From assembly GCF_009834535.1 (NCBI RefSeq), contig NC_045696.1:42596001-42660000 (forward strand): 64,000 nt of DNA, given 5' to 3'. The notes beneath the pieces were generated by a model. It ran no database searches, had not been told where the DNA came from, and saw only the letters and a program-made list of their open reading frames with translations. Position 1 is the first letter of the stretch. Every line of letters starts with the position of its first letter. This DNA comes from Camelus ferus (taxonomy: Eukaryota). The translations under genes and the position numbers were made by a program. Of the stretch, positions 1 through 12,150 are shown in pieces.

Positions 1-1734
1 TTATTTGATCATGTGGCTTTGAGCAAGTCACTGAAGATTTCTGGGCTTAGATTTCTTGATCTAGTAAAACAGTGGCCTTGAACTTGATGAAGAGATGACC
101 AGTGACACCTGATCTTAAGGACCAGCCTTGTATGTGGAAAAGGCAAAGTGGAGATGCAGATATGAAGTCAGTAACTAAGTCCAGTTTTAAGCTGAAAAGG
201 TAGAAGGTGGAGCCAGGAGACTTCCTCAAGCATTAGAGTACTGGCATCCAAGAATATATATGGTAGATGCCCCCAGAACTTTTAGGTTCCACATTTAGAC
301 TTCATAAACATGAGAGTGTCACTGATTTCCATGTTAGCTCCAATCCCACTATACTTCCAATTAGTATCTTTCTCCAACTTGTGACCCAGGACATCCAACC
401 AGTTATTTTACATTTATCTTGTTCATGTAGAACCTTGACAAAACACTATAGGAACAAATCAAACAGAATTGACAGTTGATCCTTGGCCAGGTGTCCACGG
501 TAGACAAGGTATTCTAGCAGAGACAGTAGCATATACAAAGGCTTGAGTGTAAGGGATGGTTATGTAGGTTTGGTTATCCCTGAGCAGTGCCCTGGGTGAG
601 TTCAGGGGGCCGTAGGTGTGAGTGTCGGCCAGGAAGGAGAATCACATGGAGAAGTGGCCGGAAATATAAGCTAAGTCTGGGTGGTGGAGTTTGTACCATC
701 ATTGTATTAAGGCTGCCTTTCTCTGCATAGAATCAAGTTTTAGTTCCATCTCAGCAGGAGTTTCCAACAATTAAGCACAAAATAAAACTCCCTTCATTCT
801 AATCAGATTGCATGTCTTTTGCTTTATCTTTCTCAGAAAAATGAAAATAGAAGTTAGGATATAATTAATTTCACAATTTGTTCTAATAGAATAATTCAGT
901 CATCGTAGTGCTGAGATGGGATAGATGATGAATTTTCAGATGTTTGTTTATTTAGATGGAAATAGCTTCCTCTGTATAATAAGATATCTTCTACAGGAAG
1001 TTCCTCATGAGGTGGGCTGCTTTGTAGCTAGGTCTACTGCCTATGATGTCATCCTTTTGGAACTATTGCAACTAAATTCATCTCTGAGTGGGACCAGAGA
1101 TTTGTGTATTAAATATAATTGATGCTGTTGCTGGGGACCACTGATGAAGGCAGATCTGGTGAATGCAGAGGAAACCTTGACTTTAGGAAGCAAAACACGC
1201 TCCTCTTCCTGGTCTCAGGTTACTGATTCAGTCTCTTTCATCCCCACCTGCTCCTTTTTTACCTCACAGTCCCACTCATCTACTCTCTGCCCACTCTGGA
1301 TGCCTCCCTGTTCCCCTTACATTCCTGCCCTTTGATGCTAAGCTTTTGGAGATGCTATTTTCTCTACCTGGTCCAGGTAGGGGCTTCTCTTTGGCTGTTA
1401 TAATAATGCTTTGATACAATTTAAGTTATTCTCGACATCAATTCCTTGGCGTCAATCGGTTCAGCTATCAGCTATTATTAGCCTTGTGGTTTGATTAGTG
1501 GAGGCGAAGGAATTGGGGAAAAACGGAATTAGAGGGGGATAGAGAAAAGAGACTCCTCCCCAGGCTTCACTTTTCAGAGATAAGCTCTGTAATCCACATC
1601 CATAACCAGCAATTTAGAGGAGAAATACCCTTAACTGAGATCCATCTGGAGAAAAGGAAGGACGGTTGGAAGAAGGGAAGGGAGGGAGAGAGGGAAAGAG
1701 AGGTGAGGGGAAGGAGCCAGGAGGAAGGAACCTA

Positions 1735-1935
1735 CTTCACTTAGGCACTCTTCTTCCTAAATCAGCGCAAATGATTTCATTAAATCCTTGCTACAATCCT
1801 GTGAGGTTGGAGTTGTTACTTCCATTTTCCTTTGAAATATATAAGACTTAGAAAGTAAATAACATTTCCAAGGTCACACAGCTTATAAGATAATGAAGCT
1901 AGAATTTGAATCCAGTGTTTTTATGTCTTAAAAGT
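1735..1935 (-). mobile_element. MIR SINE
   Basis: aatcct...acaatcctgtgagg...ccaaggtcacacagct...agaatttgaatccag is the reverse MIR core. Confidence 0.75.
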
Positions 1936-4169
1936 CTACATCTCTCTTTCCATTTCAACAACTACCAACAGCTCTGGTTAGTGCCTTATTACAGATGAGG
2001 TAGGAAGTAAATGAGATAAAGATGTTATAGAGATGGTCATTTTGGTCTTCTGATTTATTGCCCAGTGTTCTAGCTCTATTGCATTTGAAATACTGTCTCT
2101 CAGATGGGAAGATACTGTCCTACATATTTTGGTTGTGGCATCAATGTCACCTGTCTACTGAGTGGCCATCTCCTGGATTGATTTGGCCCATGACACCACT
2201 CGTATTTTTTCTTGGAAATGGTTGGAAATATATAATTTTGGGCTACTGGGTATAGACCAAACAGCATGCATTACACATCATTGGGTAATTCCAGATCTTA
2301 AAATTATTCTCAGTTAAATGCCTTGCTCCTTAGAATACACTGAACTAAACAGAACGCACTAACCTAGATGTTAAGCTAGGAATTCAGTAAGTCATATTCT
2401 AAAAGCTCTTGAGGCTCTGGGTTCTTTGGTTATAATATTTAGAATTACTGTGATAATTTGTGACAAAATAAGGGTAATGGGGAGGAATAAAGGGGAAGGA
2501 GGAGACTTCTATAATTTTGAAGGTGATTGCAAGTACAGTGACTAGTAAGGATAAGCTTGGATGTCCTAGAACATCAGGCAATAATAACAAAAAGGAACAC
2601 CATAATAGCAACATTTTAAATGAGAAAATAGCTTTGCTTTATCCCACCCTCATCTATATAAAGTGTTTCAGCTGTCCAAGTGAATGAATATATAAGTTCT
2701 TAATAGAATCCTCAATAAAAACAACAATAAAAATAATGGAAATAAGAGTGGGATATAAATGCTTTTAAATCCACTGAAATTGAAGTGGACATGTGGTATG
2801 TAAGGGTTAACCCCTCGCCTTTAGATTTTCTAATAAACTTGATAACAGGCTGTTAAGAGTTCATTAGCTCGATGTTGGTTACTCATCCTTACTGTTTCTG
2901 TTCTGGACCACGGTACAGGCACACAAACCACATTAACCAGCACACGAGCCCTTTATAAGAATCTCTTAAAAATAATTTGTTTAGCTTATTCACTCCCACA
3001 TTTTTGAGTTCTCTGAATTATAGAATTCTCTGAGTGAATCAGTACCCCAACTTGTTTGCCAAAATGTAAAGATGAAAAGAAAAATGAGCTCTCTTACAAT
3101 ACCCTCTGGGACTAATTACCCTGATCTGACTAGACTGGTTGTTAGATCTGAATTATAGTCATGAATAAGTTAGATCTTAATTAAAGTCATGTAAGGGGTC
3201 CAAGAGGCAATGTCATACAGGCAAAAAAGCTGTTTTGTAATAAGTGGAAATTACTATTATAATGCTTTATGAGAAATTGGGCTCCCAGTTAGAAACTTAT
3301 CTATTGAGATTTATAAGAAATTTCTGACTTCAAAAAATTACCCCATCTTCTTTCACTATATACAGGTCTCGTCTTAATTTTCAGTTTAGAGCCATATTAA
3401 TTGCTAGGTTTCCAGCAACACAAAGGAAATCATATATTTTCAAAATTAATTCATCATCATTTTCTTTTACCCGCAAATTTATTTTAGCTTTATTTAAGGT
3501 TTTAAACTTTGCAAATAGTTCACAACATCTTATGTAGAGAGACACTGGAGCAAGAAAGATTTTGGTTAGTTAGATAATGTAGGAGAGGATTTCCTGGTAG
3601 TAGAAAGTATTAAACATTACAAAACAGATCTAGAATAGATAGTGGAATCTTCTTCTCCAGAGGCTTTTAAATTTAAAGAAATTTCATTCAGAAGGCAAGG
3701 GGATGAACTACATCTCTGTTTCTTGACCTGTTCCTTTCACTGAGCAATGAAAACGTTCTAAACTTGTCACCAGGCATCTGAAGGCAGTGAGGTATTGAAC
3801 ATGGACACAAAAAGCCAACACCAGTGGAAACGCCCTTGTTGGCCTCAGGTGACGAGGTACAGGGTATGCACACCAGGAAGGTGCCCGAGCTGAGGGCTGG
3901 CTTTAACATGAGGTAATAACTCACAGAAGTGATGAGGAGGGACTCTGTGCGTTGTGTGAAGGAGCCAGATGACAGAGCAGATGTGGGAGGTATTTCCAGA
4001 GGGAAACTCATTTTTCTAAAATTGTTCATTGTAAGTCAGGGATCCTAATACTGCCTGAGATCCTAATATTTCCTGAGGGAAATAATTTTCTGGGGGAGGG
4101 GTACACAGTAGTTTTAATTTTTCACCACATCTAAATAAGACTTAGGAGCTTACAAAATGCTCTCCCATC

Positions 4170-4320
4170 TACAGTAGGTTGGCGAGTGAATAGAGGTGGT
4201 GATTCCCATTTTATAACTGGAGGAAATTGAGACGTGAAGTTCATTGACTTGCTCAAGGTCGGAAAGCTAGAAAATCGCTGAGAAAGATTTCAAATGCACG
4301 TTGTCTGACTCTAATGTTAG
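4170..4320 (-). mobile_element. MIR SINE fragment
   Basis: cccattttataactggaggaaattgagac...gacttgctcaaggtc...tgtctgactc. Confidence 0.65.
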
Positions 4321-5836
4321 TATTTTTCATATATATCTTGACATTTTTAATGGGTTCAGAGTCCTTCTTTGCTGGAAAATGAGGCGTCAGAGGAAGCTCA
4401 ACAATCTTCTTTCCTGAGGAGAATTCTCAAAACTGGCAGAGTAGGGTTTTTGTCTGTTGGTTTGGAGGGTTCAGGCCTCAATTTCCACTATTGGATCTAG
4501 AAAGCCAAGGCTGTAATCTCATACAGATAGGTAGCTTGACTGAACTTGTGTAGCCTGGATCACTGACTCTTCAATTCTCTATCCATCCATTGGCTCATAG
4601 GGTCAGACAGGATTTTAGGTATCACTTAATCTGGTGCTTTGATTCACACGTGAGGAAACTGGCCTAAAGTGATTGATCCTATGCTTATCAGATGTATATT
4701 ACAAATGGACGGTTTCAGTGAAAATGTTTGGATTGTCAAGAAAGATTCCAAAATAGAATAAAAACCACAGAAGCCCTGACCCATGTTCTGTAACAAGAGT
4801 TGAAAAAGAAATTAGTAGTTTATTAACCAGATTCTAACCTTGTTTGTATCAAGGAGCAGCAGTATCATGATGACACATCCATGAAATGTTACACAGTGGA
4901 GTAAGAGGTGATGTATACAGTTGACCCGTGGTCTGAGAAGGATTATTCTATAAGCATTCAACAGCTGTCTCATTAGTAGATTTGATTTTTGTAGTGTTTT
5001 CTTCAGGGCTTGGTGGTCTTACAGAGCACAGTAACTTGGAGATGAGCCTGCATTTCCAAATGAGTCATCAGGATGTGTGCAAAGGGAAGGAGTGAATATG
5101 TAAACCTATATGCATGTCTTCTGCCCTGTCGTTTTCTGAGTCTTCCATAGATTTGAGTTTGGCTTATAGCATGTTTGTTTCCCATCCCAATCTGTCCTTA
5201 AATACATCATATGCTAATAATAGGATGTTCATTAATGCCCTGAATGGCTTACATGTGCAGTATAATTGCACCTTGCTCAGAGATTAGATTATAAATTAAA
5301 AGCAGAAAGTGAAAATCATATACAGAGTTGCTCTTGAAATGTCCCATAAAGTATACTATCAGAGCAACCTGAATTCATTTTATTCAGCTACTTTTCCTTC
5401 TTGTTTCTTGGAGTGAGCACCAGATGAAGCATCTGGCTTATTTTTTGGGGCCATATGATACAAAACAAACACACACACGCAGGCCAAGACGTAGCACCGT
5501 TAAACACTAGAATTAGAATAAGCACAGAGCATGTGTGCGTGCTGGGGACATGTGGGAGCCAGACCAAGCAGGTTCCTCCTCTATCTCATGATCATGCTGG
5601 AGTCACGTACTGAGTGAAATGGTGACAGGATTCACCAGAGTTATTTAAATTGTTATTTCTTTCCCCCTCTTGTATCGAAGTGAATAGAATTGAATTAGCC
5701 AAGTTAAATGTGTAAATAGTACCCGTGCTGTGTGCTTTTTTTTTGTTTTTTTAAACACCCTCCCCAACTCTTTATGTCAACAAGTAAGTGTAAAATAAAT
5801 AGAAATACTGACTAGGTCTGAGACTTTGATGGCAAC

Positions 5837-6180
5837 TGCTATGGTCTGAAGGTCACCTCGCAATTCATATACTGCAGTCCTAACCCCCAAAGACAGTGGT
5901 ATTAGGAGGCAAGCCCTTGGAGATGCCTCATCCATGATGTGGGAACCCTCACGGATGGGACTGGAGTCCTATCACAGAGGCCCCGGAAAGATGTCTAGTC
6001 CCCTCCACTGTGTGAAGATACAGCAGGAAGTCTGTGACCAGGAAGAGGGTCCTCCCCTGCCCATGCTGGCACCTTGATCTCAGACTTCCAGCCTCTGGAA
6101 CTGTGAGAAATAGATTTTCCTTGTTTATAAGCCACCCGGTCTAGGGTGTTTTGTTACAGTAGCCCAAGTGGACTCAGGCA
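5837..6180 (+). mobile_element. MLT1A-like MaLR solo LTR
   Basis: TGCTATGGTCTGAA...gctggcaccttgatctcagacttccagcctc...gtttataagccaccc...CA; flanks GCAAC/GCCAC (4/5 TSD). Confidence 0.85.
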
Positions 6181-6779
6181 GCCACATTTGAGTTTGGCCT
6201 CCAGCATGCCTGATTCTTATCCCAGTCCACCCTTAAACAAAATCATCTGAGTAATTTGGTGAATTTGGCTATGAAGTCACTCAATAGCATAACTGATTTT
6301 AAACATGTGTTGGCATCTTGAATATTCAGCAGCCTTATTACAAAATATACTTACGTTCAAGGTAGGTGGTTCTTTAAATGGAATTAACTCAGGAGTGGTA
6401 GGAGGGTTGGATACAGACGTGGTTTGGGGTGTAAGCACTTACGGACCCCTCCCCTGAACCACACGCTCCTGCATCAGGACGCACACCTTGAGCCTGGGCG
6501 GTACCCATCGCTGGGTTTGGGCAGCTCTGGGCACAGGTACTAGCAAAGGCAGCAGACAGGATCTGAGCAGAGGGATGTAGGCAGAGAAGAAGCTGGCTCT
6601 GGGAAGCTGAACAATATAGATTTTTTCCACCCAAAGCCCTAATAGCTCTGAAAACAATGACTTCTCCTACGTTTTCTGCAAATACATTTGGTGGGAAAAT
6701 CTGAAGGGAATTCATGTGTATACTTGAGCCTCTTAGAATATTCCTTTCACTGTGGAACGCTGGAGTTTTGATTACGGGT

Positions 6780-6912
6780 GTTGCCGCAAAAGCTGTGGGG
6801 AGGGGGGTTATGTAATGCGTGGTGTGAACACTATGGAAATTGAAATTTGTAACTGGAGAAATTCTGAATTCTGAAACGCACTTGGCTTTCAAGGAAGGGA
6901 TAGTGGACTTGT
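6780..6912. mobile_element. Tigger4/MER46-like DNA transposon fragment
   Basis: aattctgaaacgcacttggctttcaagg-aagggatagtggacttgt resembles the MER46 terminus. Confidence 0.45.
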
Positions 6913-7362
6913 GATGTTTTGCCATGCAGACTTTCCACAGTTTTCTACTAACTGATTTGCTCTAGGCCCCAGGTTTGTAGTTTTGAACCTGCTTACTGTC
7001 TTAATCTGTGATGTGATATCTTCATTTGTGCTAAACTCTATAATTAGTGAAAGGCTAAATGATATTTGTCCTTCTGATTTCCTCTTTGTAGATAAACCCC
7101 TAAGTATTAAGTTTTTGATGAAAAGTAATTTTTTGGCTTCCTTTGGTATCTTAAGTTTGGAGAAGCAGTAAAAACAACCCAGTCGGTCAGAAAAGACAAA
7201 ACAAGAGTAATGGGTATGTCTGGAGAACTCAGTGGCCCTTGAGGTGTGGATTCACCACAGAGCACCCGAGGCTAATGGCCTCTCTATCACTGAGACTGTT
7301 GTCATGGGTGTAACTCACTGAGAACCGAGAAACACCCGAGCTGTCCAGTATTTCAAAGACCT

Positions 7363-7624
7363 TTATTGCTTTATGTGTTCAGAGGTGCAGCGGGTAAATG
7401 GACTGCTTATAATTGTAGGAGTAGTACCAGCCATTAAAGCAAATATATTTGCAGCCCCTGTAATTATATTTCGGTAAAAGTTGTTCTGGATGGCTTGGCA
7501 GGACTCCTCCCCAGGTAGTGTGTTTACTTTGATATTTTCTCCAGTGATGCAGAACGGCTCATAGTCCAAACATTTTCTCCTGATGATACTTTTATTTTTG
7601 GCTTGACCTTCTTCTCTTTCAAGT
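7363..7624 (-). other. Candidate minus-strand exon of an unidentified (possibly non-coding) transcript
   Basis: Strong acceptor T11-CTTTCAG ending at 7625 on the minus strand, followed by non-repetitive sequence with an 86-codon open frame (LEREEGQAKNKSIIRRKCLDYEPF...); no protein recognised. Confidence 0.25.
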
Positions 7625-8829
7625 CTGAAAGAAAAAAAAAAAGTACAATTTATAGAAACATATAGAGTGACAGATAAATGTAATACACTCCAGGAACTTA
7701 TTGATTTATTGACCAGCAGTCACATTTAAAGAATTCTATAATCCAAAGCTAATGAAATAAGGAAGGCACAGGAAGTATGATGTCAAATAAAGTATATGTT
7801 TAGGTTTGATGTTTGAATTCTTATCCTGATGTCCTCGTTCTTGGATATTCTTGCACAGACTTTTCTGTTGCCTAAGTGTTTGTGTAGCACAACAGGGCAA
7901 TAGGGGCTAACAGAAATATTGTATTACAGCTTTCTGTTCAGTGACAACACGAGCGTTCTCGTGGGAGAATTTTAAAGCTTACTTAATTAGGTCACCTTTG
8001 GGCAAATTGAGTTTTGGGCAAATTGAAAAGTATCTCAATTCTTTCAGATCACCTCAGTACCATTTAGTGTCCCGATGTGTTAATTTGCCAAATGGAACCC
8101 CAGGGAAGAGAAATAATTAAGTCAATAAATAAAGGAAATAAGTAAATGCTTACTTATACATGAGAATATTCTATGTTTGTATAAGATCAATGATTTGTTT
8201 ATGGACTATGGTAGAAAAGACTTGATGAAAGGAGTTTCTAGTATAATTTTATGACATTTACTTTTTTTTTCTTTTATCAAAATGCATTTCCATGTGTTTC
8301 CCCACAAAGGCTTCATAGGTTATAAGGTCATTGAAGAATTATTTTTTTCTTTATTTGATAACTTTATCATTCTTAATATGGTGCTTTTAATAAATGTTGG
8401 ATAACTGCCTTATGTTGGAACAATAGACGTCTAGTCCTATAAAACTCAGGATTCTGGAGTAAAGTAAGAGATAAAAATATAAATTAGTACATCTCATGGA
8501 ATTTTTTGATCACTAAAGCAGTGGGAAGCTATGATTTTGGTCTTTCTAATACCTATTTTCCAATGGAATATGGCCTCTTTTCTTTTAAACATGTAATACA
8601 ACATGTCTATTAATCAGAGTCATCCAATTCCTGACAACAGGAATTATGCCCTAGATTTCTCTAAATATAGAATTTTTTTTTCATTCCAAGTAGAATAGAC
8701 AACTATGTATAACAGGGTCAGTAAAAACCTTTGTGTGGTATTTTACATACAAATGTTAAGAGAATGGAATTCCTTTTTGATGACGAATGAATTTTTGATG
8801 GTAAGCTATAAAAGAAATATAGGCTTGGA

Positions 8830-9070
8830 TCAGTCAGCATCCAGCTTTCCATATAGAGAATTCAGTTTGCTGAAGAAGGCAAGGAGGCCAACACACAAAG
8901 AGCAGTGAGAAATGAGTCAAGATACGAAAAGAGAACCACTGAACTTGATCTAGCCACACCTGAACTTCACTTTTGGATTTCCTTTCAATCCACCTTTATT
9001 TAATCCACCTTTATTTAAGCTGGTTTCAGCTACTTTTAGTTCACATGTAACGAAGTATCCTGACCCATAA
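8830..9070 (+). mobile_element. Old MLT1 (J/K-like) LTR fragment
   Basis: gatctagccacacctgaa...tttaagctggtttcag...tcacatgtaac...tcctgac 3' terminus pattern. Confidence 0.55.
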
Positions 9071-10014
9071 ACTCTGCATGTTTGGAAATTAACTTTATAT
9101 TATTTTGACACATAATTTAAATAAACATGCATGCAGAATCTAGAAAATCAGATACACATTGATTTCTCATTTATAGCAAGTCAGGTAAGGATTTGTAAAC
9201 CAAATGTTTATAAATTACAAAGTTACTTTTAGGACTCTGAGTTTCTTTCCAATTAGTGTTAATCATCATACTGTCATAACTATTTGTAAATTTTTGAAAA
9301 TAGAATTACTTTTGATGAATGCAGTGTGAGTCAGAGTGCTGTCAATATACAGTCATTTGACAGTTTTTTTTTTTTTTAACAATGTCAAGCCTGCAGTAAA
9401 TTTTAGGATATGTTAAAAGTTGTTTATCATATCCTCTACCTAATAGATGTAATCACACAAAGGTTTTCAAGCCAATTCAGAAGATTCATTTTATAGGCAC
9501 AAGATCATGGTAATTTATCTGGATGCTGTAGTTTTGGTTGAGGTAAAGATTTGCAGTTTCACATCTCCCTGTCCATGGTCAGTGTTCGTCTAATAGCTAG
9601 CATCCTACCTAAGATTAGATTTATGTATTTGTTTTTGGTTCAAGGTTTCTTGCTCCCACTGGCAAACACAGATGCTCCTAAACTCCTCTCCACCTGAATG
9701 TGCACAGAATATAATTATGACGGGAACTAACATTATCTGAAATACATTTCTGTTTATGCTTGTAGACCAAGGTCAGAACAATTAATCTGAAAAATGGTAG
9801 CACAGCCACAGATTAAGCCAAAAAACATTTCCCCCAGGAATGCGATACCATATATTACAAATACGCAAAATATTCATGCAAATTCTCTGCTGGTCTCTCT
9901 GTCGACTCAGGTTTACTGTCACTAAATACGAAGTTGACAAAATAGATTGCAGGGAATGCAGATGTTTCCAGTGGTGTGTGTTTCTTGAATATGTTGAACT
10001 AATATTGTGATGAT

Positions 10015-10141
10015 TCATTTTATTCAGCTTCATTGAGATATAATTGATATATAACATTGTGTAAGTTTAAGGTGTACAATGTGATGATTTGATGTATGTA
10101 TATATTGTGAAATGATTACCATGATAAGATGAGTTAACACA
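10015..10141 (-). mobile_element. L1MA-type 3' end
   Basis: ttcattgagatataattgatatataacattgtgtaagtttaaggtgtacaatgtgatgatttgat. Confidence 0.8.
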
Positions 10142-10142
10142 C

Positions 10143-10283
10143 TGTGTGAGCTAATTTTATGTGTCAATTTGAATGGGCCATGGGTTCCCAAATATTTGGT
10201 CAAACATTATTCTGGGTGTTCCTGTGAGGGTGTTTTGGGATGAGGTCAATGCTTAAACAGGTAGAATGAGTAAAGCAGACTGA
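10143..10283 (+). mobile_element. MLT2 (ERVL) LTR 5' fragment
   Basis: taattttatgtgtcaatttg...atatttggtcaaacattattctgggtgt...gagtaaagcagactg; truncated. Confidence 0.8.
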
Positions 10284-11859
10284 AGAATTAAAAAAAGAAT
10301 TAAAAAAAAGAATTAAAAAATTTTTTTTTCTTTAACCTTGAGCTTTCTGAAAAATAGGTAGGAGAACAGTCATGGAAAAAACATGATTATTGGTGATGAA
10401 CCGGCACATTTCAAGGGTGCTATTGCTGAAAATCCACTTCTGCTGTGGTTGGGGGAGTGGCTGGTTTGGAAGCTCTATAAGAGGAGGTGCAGGCTGGCAT
10501 GTGCGTTAGAGTCCTCCATGGTTGGCTCCACATTGCAGTCCTCCCTCCTCAGTTGGCTATAATTTGGGGTTAAAACTAACTGATAAATCAGGTTAGCAGG
10601 GTAATAATCATTTGACAGAATTGGAAGCTAATGCTTTAAACTCTCTGACAAAAATCATAGAGTCAATCAGCACTAGAAAATGCCAGGCTTGTTACCAGTG
10701 GATTCTTCATTATTACCATCCCCTGTCACTCCTGCTGGCATCAATTACTTCATCCTACAGGGCAAAGGAGTCAGGAGAGGTGAACAGCAAATTCTGGTGA
10801 GCTGGTGACTCTCCTTTGACAGCCGACTACAACGGTATTTTAAACTAATCAGCCCTCTACAAATTTTTCTGTTGTGTAGATGTGAACTGAAACATACAAA
10901 CTATTCTAGGGCTTGAAAACACTTTATGTCAGTCTAAAAGCCATGCTCTTTTAAACAGATCCTACATTTTGGGATTTGAGTTTTATTTTTAACTTTAAAT
11001 CTTTATTAAAGCAGGTGTATCACCAGAAAAAAAAAATCTATGAAAGAGCAGAGGAATTTGATCCTGTGAGTGATTATTGCTAAGGGACCATTTCATGCAA
11101 ATTAATCTGTAAACATTTAGCAACTAGATACCTGATGGGAGGGGAGAAGGGTAAGGAAAATTAGTCAGGTGAAGAGCAAGAAAATTACTCCCATCTGATT
11201 AGAAAAAGATAATCATGGTGTTTTCATGCAGACCAGCAGCGTTGTGATGTTTCTTTAATTTCTCTTTCATTTCTGCTTGCCTTGGGCTGCGTGTAGGGAG
11301 TCCTGAGATAGATGAGGATGTATACCTGGCTGCCTGGAGAAGTAAGGCAACTGAATACATTTCAGGTTAAGTAATACCTATTCAGGTGTCTCAGTAAAGA
11401 AAAGATCAAAACTGGGAATACACTTGTCAGACACTTCCCCCAACAGACTCCCCTGCTCCCAGGCCCAGAGCTCACTGGAATTTTCATACTTGCCAACAAG
11501 CCCTGGTTGAATTAGAAGGATGTGCTTTACCCACATCTGAGGGAAACCAAGAGTTACAGCCATGGTTGGGATTGGTTAGATATTATACGTAAAAGATGCT
11601 TCCAGCAAACTCTTTTTTTTTTCTTTTAAATCTTTATGATAAATATTTAGCTTTAAAAAAGCACAGTGTTAGGAATTAGTAATTAGTCATATTTAGTGTT
11701 TTTCTTATTTGATTATTTAGCATTTCAAAAGTTGATGTAAGTTGAAATGGAACTAATAACTATATTTTGCTTAATTTTGCCTGAGTTTAGAGCATGGAAT
11801 GATAATTAAAATGTGGTTAAAGTGTATATTACTCTAGCAAGTCTAAAGTTGAGAAACAA

Positions 11860-12150
11860 TGGTAATTGTGATGGTATTGTGCTGTATCTTGCCTGTGGTG
11901 ATGGTTGCATGAATCTGCACATGTGATAAATCACACACACACACACACACAAATGCATTTAGAACTAGTACAAGCAGAATCAGGTTGGTGGATTGCATCA
12001 ATGTCGATTTCCTGACTGCGGTGTTGCACTGAAGTGATGTAAGATGTCACCATTGGGGGAAACAGGGAAAAGGGCTTACTAGAGGTCCCTTATTACGTAT
12101 TACAACTGCATAAGAATCTACAGTTATCTCAAAATTAAAGGTAAAAACAA
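11860..12150 (+). mobile_element. L1MC/MD-type 3' end with (CA)n
   Basis: ctgtatcttgcctgtggtgatgg...gatgtcaccattgggggaaac...caactgcataagaatctacagttatctcaaaat. Confidence 0.8.

Noticed and set aside
6389..6925. 178-aa minus-strand ORF
   Set aside because: Starts in a DNA-transposon remnant, no domain or exon structure recognised; likely chance in a locally GC-richer patch.
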